DNA from: Planctomycetota bacterium
GTDB taxonomy: Bacteria > Planctomycetota > PLA2 > JAEUHO01
Direction: 5' to 3'
Assembly: GCA_965222115.1 (NCBI GenBank)
Contig: CBDCTJ010000007.1
Span: forward strand, 1,952,001 to 2,016,000
Length of the DNA stretch: 64,000 nucleotides
Shown: positions 19,301 to 26,861 of the stretch, piece after piece
Layout of the letters: the number at the start of each line of letters is the position of its first letter
How positions within the stretch are numbered: position 1 is the first letter of the stretch
Notes under the pieces: generated by a model
Told to the model about the DNA's origin: nothing
Seen by the model: the letters and a program-made list of their open reading frames with translations, nothing else
The model's database searches: none
Made by a program: the position numbers and the translations under genes

Positions 19301-21927
19301 TCACCGTTGAGCGCTTTCAAAAGACCGCGTGGCAAGGGGCCGCAGAGCCCTACTTCTTGATTTCGGGGGCGGATGCGGGTGCGGGGAAGTTCAACTTTCC
19401 CTGTTACATGTTGCCCATATCGATCTTAGCAAGCGGCGGGCAGGATCCCGATGCTTATCTCAATCCAGCGGTTGTGGAACATCGAGAGATTCTTGGTCGG
19501 TATTACAACAATAGTGAGTCTGCGCGCATCTTGATTGGAACCGACGATCCTGTGGATCAACATGAAGTGATTCGATATGACTCCATCGATACGCAACGTG
19601 CGCAGACGGGCGCGTTGTTTCTTCGCGACCGTGCGTTGGGCAGAATAACGCGACATTTCTTTGGAAACTCTGAGACGATTGAAGGTGGTTCATCCACCAA
19701 TCCAGATCCCGACCCTGACCCCGATCCGGATCCAGATCCCGATCCCACGCCAGATCCCGGTCCTGGTTCAGGGGGTGGTAGTGGCGGAGGTGTCATCGAT
19801 CCGGTGCCGGGCGATGGTGACGCGCCCCAACCCAATGGTGAGATTCCTCCTGGTTTGAGAGATCCGGAAGACACGCCCAGCACGGAAGATCCAGATGAGG
19901 GTGAGACACCGACGGAACCCGGTACGGGCGAGCCTGATGAGGGAGAGGGCGAAGGCGGTAGCGAAGAACCAGATGAGCCCACTGGCGAGACGCAAGAAGA
20001 GGAAGAGAGTGGAGATAGTCTTCTCGATGGAGAGGGGGAAGGCGTCGAAGAAGATGACGTGGACGACAACGGAAGCGATACAGGGGGTGACAACGGGGAG
20101 GGTACGGGTGGTGCCAAGCCCACGCCCGAAGAGCCCACAGAAGACGAGAGTGGTGGTGGTGAATCTGAGTCATCACCCGAACCTGATCGGGAAGACGAGA
20201 TCATTCCCAATCAAGTTCTGCAGGATGACGTCGAGGTTGATGAAGACGTGCCACAGGAGGACACCGAGTTCGGTCTGGGCCGAAATGTGTACTACGAGCC
20301 GTTGGGGCCGAGAACCGCGATCGATGAATTGGGGTTCCGTGGCGTGAACGGAACAGTTCACCGTGATCACGCTTCCGGAGGTGAAGAACGCAACAGCCGC
20401 GTGATTCCTTGTTTCCGCGTATGGCAAGGTGGCTCGGGCATCACCGCTCGTGTGGGTCGCAACGACCGCATCACTTTGACGAGCGGGAGCCTGGAGGATC
20501 CAGTCGAGTATGAAGTCGGCATCCGTTGGGCCAGTAGCGATTGGGTCGCGCCGGAAGACTTTCCGCCTGAACGTATTAAGGCGGCCGTACAGGGCGCGCG
20601 TACGATTCGTACGGATTGGCGTGAGTTTCCTCGGGCACTTAAGTTCCCCTCGGGCGAACTACCGAGTCGTTTAGGCCGAGAGATTGAGTTTGGCCAGAGT
20701 ACGGTGTCGGACAGCGGCATTGCTACGGCCTTCATGGATGACCTGCATATATGGCGACAAGATCTCGATCCACCGCTGCGTGTGGTGAATGAAGAAGAGA
20801 TCACGCCCACGACGCCCGAGATCGCCGTAGTCAATACCGTCAATTTGCGTGAAGTATCGGACTTTGATGGGTTCCGCGCCAGCGGCGGCCTGATCATGGT
20901 TGAAAGCGAGATCATTTACTACCGCGGATACCGCGTGGACGGTGAGCGCACCTACGTCTTTGAAAACTGCATTCGTGGCGTGATGGGCACGCGCGCACGT
21001 GCCCATGCCATTGGTGCCAAGGCGCGCTTGCTGGCCGACATTCCCGCATCAACGCTGCAAGGGGGGCTCGCACCCGAGTCGTCGTCGATTCCTATTGCGG
21101 ATGCACGCAACTGGCCCAGCGAGGGTCTTGTGCGCATCGTTGGCGAGGAAACGGTCGAGTTGGCCCACTACACCCGTAAGAGTGGCGCCGACCTGATTAT
21201 GCCCGAGTCGCTGGATGCCGATCGGCGTTCCCGTGGACGCGGGTTATTCCGCGGTCGCTTTGGCACCGAAGCCATGTCGCATGACTCCGATCAGGTCGTG
21301 TTCTTCCATCCCTACCGTTTCTGGGATCGCTTTGCGCCGCGTGCGGCGGAAGACGGGGACGCGTTCCCCGGTGTACACGATCATCCCGAGACGTCCTACC
21401 TTGAGCTCGGCACCAAGGTGCACTCGGCCTATTGGCGTGGATTTACATGGCAAGAGAACCTGATCGCCAACTCGCGAGGTGCTGGAAACACGTTCGACAG
21501 CAGTGTCGGTGATGGCAGTGGCGCGCTTGATGTGATTGTGCTGGCGCGCTTCAATCCCAACGTCCCGTGGGACAGTACGCGCGTCATGGATATGCGCGAT
21601 GCGTCAAGCGGGCTCGGGCAGACGTCGGGCGACAAGCGGGATGCCATGGATGCCCTGTTCGTGTTTGACGCACCGGGCGAAGGCGTGATCGGGTCTGGAC
21701 TGAACGGTCATCACTTGGGTGTTGAATCCGACACGGCCGAATTCCGGGTCTACTTTGACTACAAGCCAAATGCCTATGAGGCCATGGACTTCCCGTCTAC
21801 ATCGGGCACGGTCTTTGATGATGAGCGCGTGTTCGTCAATGACTGGAAGTCCACGCCGTGGCTTCAGGCGCTCCGCGCGTCCTATGTGAGCCGAACGAAG
21901 ACGCGTTACCGCGTGCCGTTGCGATAG
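16339..21927 (+). CDS. Giant (1862 aa) GspK/PilX-like pseudopilin with LamG-like domain, repeated beta modules and acidic linker
   Basis: EHG|VAMIIVISIL prepilin-like N-terminus; DAQARINVN and ININTASREVL GspK-like motifs; FKMSFWWRP..WYHIDV..LLVDG LamG-like. Confidence 0.75.
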   Translation: MMQRNLRTPAEHGVAMIIVISILVTMLLIAVPFAMSMRQGEERTEAVAAKHRAITDAQVLSDLVKAFLQGTRPEQEAALRTRGGGALGVDADPNVDSLAEITPDERFRSKAAEIITEQWITDPAMAARAQSLKARGLSPLNDDRGSIWTVRVQDAQARINVNSGAVWLLANVMGAATLSEDVDGGATDIPVSNVVAPLAGFPGFPRENGFIRIGREVISYEQFDGSAFRNCTRSALQDSPLGDNGTAEEYEQGTPVIDYVAYKVATHLFASKPGEINRFRTVEELKNIATWGGGGTMLSDRLEQLEPFLTAFSRRETAGGWMAEQLVTNQLPESLETGSADVVKVRDLVNPAGNSWYVNPGTPVRISNGVHTAYQMVANLGDLDGRQRGRQFALAGTVGSLGGDITFEGGETRVAAFAPYPININTASREVLYAVMANVQLWRAKSDEQIVTPKLAWMLAEMIERERKGALSVDAESGERRSGPFRHAEDFGRFLGKLVDAGTLKLAQQAALYLNATNPHCSELRFGTAPWNYRTLDVYHVETRVALNNRVGEQIAVAGTREVVEIGSDSTCVWSIDSQSEFEQRLEQGHGAKWTTTFPYNVTFKNEGLAHIQPGIRGPQQFIREIYPSDDREEDLGDVRMEPARMRLPGAQVIDNFDSRYYAYGHYTVYDGVYRKRTNQTLMGRRDKVVRPFKMSFWWRPYSSANWTAFDCAREKFEDRFAIFVTDSENGGQELVFRCCASTLEQRGAEVYVPLERIGYEPGTWYHIDVSCRGEDPSTMQLLVDGVDVGIRRSFTYLRSSISQSDEEIGVESTAGFPPRGALRIGNEIIEYDLLAGDTGFSELLRGARGTTAGDWAEGTPVHLLGYSLPITVDVMKGGATLEDGLGKWRAVRIVSDEDSLTVNVGPNGDMPIVIFGYAPENTEPTLEITGMWNYDDTECTDAFQSEGFALLGCPKPTFSDGVNAEEEPEVILGGHEVVYYTKNGNSFTVERFQKTAWQGAAEPYFLISGADAGAGKFNFPCYMLPISILASGGQDPDAYLNPAVVEHREILGRYYNNSESARILIGTDDPVDQHEVIRYDSIDTQRAQTGALFLRDRALGRITRHFFGNSETIEGGSSTNPDPDPDPDPDPDPDPTPDPGPGSGGGSGGGVIDPVPGDGDAPQPNGEIPPGLRDPEDTPSTEDPDEGETPTEPGTGEPDEGEGEGGSEEPDEPTGETQEEEESGDSLLDGEGEGVEEDDVDDNGSDTGGDNGEGTGGAKPTPEEPTEDESGGGESESSPEPDREDEIIPNQVLQDDVEVDEDVPQEDTEFGLGRNVYYEPLGPRTAIDELGFRGVNGTVHRDHASGGEERNSRVIPCFRVWQGGSGITARVGRNDRITLTSGSLEDPVEYEVGIRWASSDWVAPEDFPPERIKAAVQGARTIRTDWREFPRALKFPSGELPSRLGREIEFGQSTVSDSGIATAFMDDLHIWRQDLDPPLRVVNEEEITPTTPEIAVVNTVNLREVSDFDGFRASGGLIMVESEIIYYRGYRVDGERTYVFENCIRGVMGTRARAHAIGAKARLLADIPASTLQGGLAPESSSIPIADARNWPSEGLVRIVGEETVELAHYTRKSGADLIMPESLDADRRSRGRGLFRGRFGTEAMSHDSDQVVFFHPYRFWDRFAPRAAEDGDAFPGVHDHPETSYLELGTKVHSAYWRGFTWQENLIANSRGAGNTFDSSVGDGSGALDVIVLARFNPNVPWDSTRVMDMRDASSGLGQTSGDKRDAMDALFVFDAPGEGVIGSGLNGHHLGVESDTAEFRVYFDYKPNAYEAMDFPSTSGTVFDDERVFVNDWKSTPWLQALRASYVSRTKTRYRVPLR
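19702..19758 (+). repeat. (Pro-Asp)n dipeptide repeat in CDS
   Basis: PDPDPDPDPDPDPDPTPDP encoded with mixed synonymous codons. Confidence 0.85.
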
Positions 21928-21986
21928 CGACTACCGCAATCGCTCGTTCAGGCGGGCAAAGCACCCTGTAACGGGCGATCGCCAGC

Positions 21987-22016
21987 AAGGGACGTCTCCA
22001 TTTGGGGGCGTCCCTT
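21987..22016. terminator. 13-bp hairpin between the giant pseudopilin gene and efp
   Basis: AAGGGACGTCTCC-ATTT-GGGGGCGTCCCTT (two G-U pairs). Confidence 0.5.
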
Positions 22017-22117
22017 CTCAATTGCGTCGATGATCCGTCCGTCCATAGCAAAGAATCTCTCGCCGAGGCCACCGGGGCGGATAGCCTGCGTGCGTTCGAG
22101 TACCGGAGACCTCACTG

Positions 22118-22681
22118 ATGGACGCCACTGGAATACGTAAGGGCACCTACCTGACCCACAAGGGCGCGCTCTGGCAGGCGGTGGAAGTGACCCACCGAAC
22201 GCCCGGCAACAAGCGCGGCTTTGTGCAGGTCAAGCTGCGCAATGTCCAAAGTGGCACGCATATCACCGAGCGATTTTCGTCCAACGAAGACGTCGAACGG
22301 GCGTGGCTTGACTCGCGCAAAGCTCAATACCTCTACGACGACGCGCAAACGGGCCCGGTCTTCATGGATTCGGAGACCTACGAACAGTTCGGTTTGAGTC
22401 GCGAGGTGCTTGGCGATGCCATGAATTACGTACTTGAAAATGCCGAGGTCGAACTCACCTTTTATGAGGGCCAAGCAATCGGGTTGGATCTCCCTGCCAA
22501 AGTGGACCTCGTGGTGGTCGAAACCGAGCCCGCGGTCAAGGGCGATACGGTCAGCGGCGTCTCCAAGCCCGCAACGTGTGAAACCGGCGTTGTCGTCAAG
22601 GTCCCCGGACACATCAAGGTGGGGGATAAGATTCGCGTAAGCACGTCCACCGGGGAGTTTCAGGAACGCGTCAATAAGTAG
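22118..22681 (+). CDS. efp: Elongation factor P
   Basis: HRTPGNKRGFVQVKLRN, FMDSETYEQ, TEPAVKGDT, KPATCETG, VPGHIKVGD. Confidence 0.97.
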   Translation: MDATGIRKGTYLTHKGALWQAVEVTHRTPGNKRGFVQVKLRNVQSGTHITERFSSNEDVERAWLDSRKAQYLYDDAQTGPVFMDSETYEQFGLSREVLGDAMNYVLENAEVELTFYEGQAIGLDLPAKVDLVVVETEPAVKGDTVSGVSKPATCETGVVVKVPGHIKVGDKIRVSTSTGEFQERVNK

Positions 22682-22719
22682 GGCGTCGAGAAGTAAGGCG
22701 TCAATGCGAAGACGTAGGG

Positions 22720-23448
22720 GTGGCAATCCGCATGAGCAGGCCTCTCCGCAAGCGTCTTGTGAAGAAGTTGCTCGCCTCACGCGCGACACTCGCGGTGGCG
22801 TCGCCCTTGTTGCGGCTCTATCGCATGGTGGCGTATGGCGGCTTTCTGTGGCGTCATGATCCCACTCTGCTTCGGCTGATGCGCAGTCAAGAGCCCGTTA
22901 TCTTCGCCGTCTGGCATCAGGACTTTGTCCACACGCTTGGCTACATCTCTCGCTGGAACACAAGGCGGCGAACCTATGCGCTTGCCAGTGCAAGCCGAGA
23001 CGGATCGATTGCCGCGACCGCCGCGGAGTCGGTAGGGTTTCGTGCACCGGTGAGAGGCTCGTCGGCCAAGGGCGCTGCGCGCGCTCTGCGTGGATTGCGG
23101 CGCTTGAGTCGTGACGATCCGCGCGCATCGATCACCATTGTGTGCGATGGCCCGCGCCCACCGGCGCGCGTGCTACAGCCCGGCGTCTTGCATATGGCCC
23201 AGGCCTCCGGTCATCCTCTATGGCTCCTGCGAACGTCATTTCATCAACGTAAGGAACTGTCGAGAAGTTGGGCACGGTTTCATCTGCCCTTGCCGTGGTC
23301 GCGCGGTGTGGTTGCCTGCGATGGACCCATTCACGTGCCCGCTTCCCTGTCGCGAAGTGAACTTGATGCGCTCCGCACGCATATCGAACAGCGCCTCAAC
23401 GCATTGGCCGGGGCTGCTGATCGCGTGGCGCAAGCGCTTGATTCATGA
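22720..23448 (+). CDS. DUF374 / lysophospholipid acyltransferase family protein
   Basis: IFAVWH, ASASRDG, VRGSS, DGPRPPARVLQPG, SWARFHLPLPWSR. Confidence 0.88.
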   Translation: MAIRMSRPLRKRLVKKLLASRATLAVASPLLRLYRMVAYGGFLWRHDPTLLRLMRSQEPVIFAVWHQDFVHTLGYISRWNTRRRTYALASASRDGSIAATAAESVGFRAPVRGSSAKGAARALRGLRRLSRDDPRASITIVCDGPRPPARVLQPGVLHMAQASGHPLWLLRTSFHQRKELSRSWARFHLPLPWSRGVVACDGPIHVPASLSRSELDALRTHIEQRLNALAGAADRVAQALDS

Positions 23449-23672
23449 TTTGTGGGGCGTCGCTGAGGCGCGTCGATCATAGAGTGCCAGCCCAGCGGGG
23501 AGTAGGAGCAGATCACCGACGAGTGCTGCCAGCATCATCGCACTCATGAGTTCCGCAGATCGACGAGTCGGCAAGAACGTGGACGTCATCATCAGGGCCA
23601 TGCCGAGGAGTATGATCCGTGTGGTCAACATCATGGCGCGACCGGTTGTCTTCAGTGACACATCGAGTGCGT
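23443..23672 (-). pseudogene. C-terminal remnant of an MMPL/RND transporter
   Basis: SLKTTGRAMMLTT..STFLPTRR..MLAALVGDLLLLPA matches the last two TM helices of MMPL proteins; no room for the remainder. Confidence 0.7.
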
Positions 23673-24671
23673 CTACGCGTGCTCCGGGTCAAACGATGAG
23701 TAGGCCGGGTAGGTCTTGAGCTCGGGATGGGGGCGCGACTTGAAGCGTTTCATGCGCCAATTCCAGAGTTCCGGTTGGGCTCGAATGACGTCACTGAGCA
23801 CGTCGTTGATGCGCGTTGTGAGTTCGAGCACCATCTCCGACGGCACATCACTTGTAAGACCTTGATTGAGGTCGGGGCCAATCCACACCCGGTAGCGCCC
23901 GTTTGGCTTGGGAAAACAGAACACGGGCAGGAGCGGCACGCGCGTATGGACTGCGAGCCACGCCGGGAGGGGCGTTGTGCGTGAGGGATGACTGAGGAAA
24001 GGCGAATAGATCCCGCCATACTTCTTGCGCACATTGCGGTCCACGAGGAGTGCAGCAATGCCGCCACGTCGAACGACCTTTGCAACCGCCGCAGCGCCGC
24101 CCTTGCGAAACACATTGACGAGATCGGCGTGGCTGCGCAGCTCTTCCATGATGACGTTTAGTGCGGGGTGAGTGCTCGGCTCGGCGAGAAACACAGTGGG
24201 CGGAAAGTCTTCAAAGGCGGTGCGCATACCCAGGAGCAATTCCCAGTTTCCCACGTGGCCTGAGACAAGCACGCCCCCTCGGGCGCGAAGGGCTTCAACC
24301 GTGGCGCCTTCGCTCGCGTCGGCAGGCAACTCGACCCAATCCAGAAACGACTTCTTGGTGAGGGGTTGCAAATGGAGCAAGAGCGCCACGGCACGTGTGG
24401 CCTGCCGATAGCTCGCCTTGTGAATGCGCTTCGCCTCGTTCTCGGGCAGTGACTCGCCGAGTACCGTGCGCATATTGACGCGTGCGATGTGCCACGCGCG
24501 GCGATCGAGCACGGATAGCGCGCTGCCCACACCATCGCCGGTTGCCAAAATCCAATGCGACGGGAGTGCGGTGACGATTTTGATGATGCCGCGAAAGATC
24601 CAGGTCATCGAGGTCCGCACCATGGGGTGGGCAAAGATGCGGTGGCGAAGCGGGAGACGATCGGAGGGCAT
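23673..24671 (-). CDS. Lipid A lauroyl/myristoyl acyltransferase (LpxL/HtrB family)
   Basis: SGHVGNWEL, ALLVDRN, PFLSHP, IRAQPELWNWRMKRFK. Confidence 0.9.
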   Translation of the reverse strand: MPSDRLPLRHRIFAHPMVRTSMTWIFRGIIKIVTALPSHWILATGDGVGSALSVLDRRAWHIARVNMRTVLGESLPENEAKRIHKASYRQATRAVALLLHLQPLTKKSFLDWVELPADASEGATVEALRARGGVLVSGHVGNWELLLGMRTAFEDFPPTVFLAEPSTHPALNVIMEELRSHADLVNVFRKGGAAAVAKVVRRGGIAALLVDRNVRKKYGGIYSPFLSHPSRTTPLPAWLAVHTRVPLLPVFCFPKPNGRYRVWIGPDLNQGLTSDVPSEMVLELTTRINDVLSDVIRAQPELWNWRMKRFKSRPHPELKTYPAYSSFDPEHA

Positions 24672-24824
24672 GAGCGCGCATCCTACGGAGGGCAGACGCT
24701 CGATCGACGGGAAAGCCCGATGACGAATCTCACCGCGCTACCCGACGCGAATCGTGCGTTGACCGCGCGGCTGTGAATAATCAGGCCGCCGACCGTCTCG
24801 CGATCTACCGGAGCCGCATCGCCC

Positions 24825-25682
24825 ATGGCCACACCCACCGTGCGTCTCCAATTCGACGATCTAGCGCCCTACCTCCTACTCAAGAATGGGAACTTTCTCT
24901 ACAAGGTTCCGTATCAAAATGGGCACGCAGTCATCAAGGTCTACGTCGGAAGTCGCGGGCGCTGGGGTCGCTTCACGAAGAGTATCGCCAACGTCTGGTT
25001 GTATGGGCAGACCTCCTATTTTGTTGGGACGCGCCTGCGGATTGAGCGCGAATGCATGGAGCTTTGGCAGTCGCATGGCTTTCGAACATTTGAACTCTAC
25101 GATCACGTAACCGTGGACGCGCCGAACTGTCCCGAAGGTGCATACCTGGTGATGGAATATGTGGCGCGCCCGAAGCTCTTTGAAATCCTCTGCGACACAT
25201 CGCGGAGCGTGGAGAAACGGTTCGAAATCTACCGTCGCTTCTTGGCCGAGTGGAGTCGCCGGCACGAGTTGGCCATTGAACTCCAGGAACCCAAGTTGGT
25301 GCATGAGAACGGCGACGGCAAACACGCCATGTTGATGGAAGACGGTTCGTTTCTGTGGTTCGACTTCGAAATGATTTATCGCTCGCGCCGCCACACCGAT
25401 CGTCATGTGTCGCACGAAATTATGCAGTACATTTGGCAGATGCTTCGCAAGGTTCCCGCCGACATTCAAGCGGCGTTCTTGGAAGAGACGGTGACGCACT
25501 ATCCCGTGCCAAAGCGCCTCGAAGCAGCGCACGATCTCTTCTTGCGCCATCCGAATCTGTTCATGCGTATGGCGCGAGGGCTGGACCGACGTTTGACCAA
25601 GCGGGGGAAGAAACTCACCAGCAAGTACAACGTCGCGCGCAAACTTCGCGACGTTCTGCGTGAGTCGGGAAGGTGCTCGTAG
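24825..25682 (+). CDS. Protein-kinase-like fold protein (Kdo/WaaP-like), atypical catalytic loop
   Basis: AVIKVY, helix-C E (RIEREC), LVMEYV, VHENGDGKH, WFDFE. Confidence 0.7.
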   Translation: MATPTVRLQFDDLAPYLLLKNGNFLYKVPYQNGHAVIKVYVGSRGRWGRFTKSIANVWLYGQTSYFVGTRLRIERECMELWQSHGFRTFELYDHVTVDAPNCPEGAYLVMEYVARPKLFEILCDTSRSVEKRFEIYRRFLAEWSRRHELAIELQEPKLVHENGDGKHAMLMEDGSFLWFDFEMIYRSRRHTDRHVSHEIMQYIWQMLRKVPADIQAAFLEETVTHYPVPKRLEAAHDLFLRHPNLFMRMARGLDRRLTKRGKKLTSKYNVARKLRDVLRESGRCS

Positions 25683-25686
25683 GCCC

Positions 25687-26502
25687 ATGAACACACTCCC
25701 GATGATTCCGGGGGGCACACTGGTCCAAGGTCCCAATGCGCGCGGCGGCAACATGCTCTATCGAGTTGCCACGCCCGACGGCGATCTCGCGCTCAAGCTC
25801 TATCGACAACGCAAGGCGGCTTGGCGTGCACCGTTTCGTCGGCTTGCACATGCGATCGAAGGTAAGCGGGGCACATCGCCAAGCGCCCGATGCGAAACCG
25901 AACGAAGGACGCTCGAATGTTGGCAGCGTCATGGCTTTTCGGCACCGCGGTGGATGGATCGTCCATGCCCCGACGATGTGAATCCTCCGTTTCTTTGGAT
26001 GACGTGGTTGGCCGGCGTCGTGCTTCGAACAGCGTTGGAAGATCCCGACGTGGGGTCGCAGCAAAAGTCGCGATGGATGGAAGCGCTTGCCGATTCGATG
26101 TCGGCGCGCCACACGTGTGCTCTGGCAGAACGCGAGCCGTTGCTGATTCCCGAACATCCTCACGTACAACACGTGATCGTGCATGAAGACAGCGTGTCCG
26201 TGTTCGATCACGAGGGGGGATACGCACCGCGTTATCCAATTCGCCAGGCCATTGCTGCCGAGTTGGCGGGAACCGTTCGCTCCGCCTTGCGCGCGGCGCC
26301 GAACATGGAACGCGAGCTAGTGACGTCGTTCGTGATGGGCTACAAGGAACGAGACCGGGCAGTGACCATTTGCAAAGAGGCCCTCGAAGGGCGCGGAATC
26401 ACACGGCGCGTTCACCGTTGGGACGACGAACGTAGACGTCCCGACTTCAGCAAAGCGAAAGCACTGCGTATGCTGCTCGGCGCGTTTCGTACAGCAACGT
26501 AG
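25687..26502 (+). CDS. Second protein-kinase-like fold protein, paralogue of the upstream gene
   Basis: GNMLYRV, LALKLY, CETERRTLECWQRHGF, PEHPHVQH, VFDHE align with the upstream protein. Confidence 0.68.
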   Translation: MNTLPMIPGGTLVQGPNARGGNMLYRVATPDGDLALKLYRQRKAAWRAPFRRLAHAIEGKRGTSPSARCETERRTLECWQRHGFSAPRWMDRPCPDDVNPPFLWMTWLAGVVLRTALEDPDVGSQQKSRWMEALADSMSARHTCALAEREPLLIPEHPHVQHVIVHEDSVSVFDHEGGYAPRYPIRQAIAAELAGTVRSALRAAPNMERELVTSFVMGYKERDRAVTICKEALEGRGITRRVHRWDDERRRPDFSKAKALRMLLGAFRTAT

Positions 26503-26526
26503 CCCAGCACATTGACGTCGCGTTCC

Positions 26527-26688
26527 TTATGCGACGACCGCCAGTAGCACGGCGAGCATCACCATGACGGCGGCCCAGCCTTCGCCGGCGCATTCGCCGA
26601 CGAGTCGCTGCAATGCGTCCGAGAAACGAGAGTCGTTTCTGTCTTCCAGGTTGACGCTTCGGTAGTAGGCGGTTCGGTTTGTGGACAT
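26527..26688 (-). CDS. Small (53 aa) tail-anchored membrane protein
   Basis: AGGAGG RBS, then MSTNRTAYYRSVNLEDRNDSRFSDALQRLVGECAGEGWAAVMVMLAVLLAVVA*; fills the intergenic gap; below the track cutoff. Confidence 0.6.
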   Translation of the reverse strand: MSTNRTAYYRSVNLEDRNDSRFSDALQRLVGECAGEGWAAVMVMLAVLLAVVA

Positions 26689-26861
26689 GGCAGATCCCTC
26701 CTGCTGGGACCGAAAGTAGTGTTAGTGTCGGACAGCTCCCGCGCGGCCGCCCTAAGTTGCGTGTTTTCATGTGGTTGCGGCGTTTTGGGTGCGAGTGGAG
26801 GCGCTCACGGCGTTGCGCTCGGACTCCACTGCCGGCGCTGACGCGCGCTCGGTAGGCTCGG

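Noticed and set aside
19557-20210. Ser/Gly/Pro-rich antisense ORF (and similar at 8140-8907)
   Set aside because: Mirror of low-complexity sense-strand coding; most other overlapping track ORFs are likewise shadows in GC-rich DNA.
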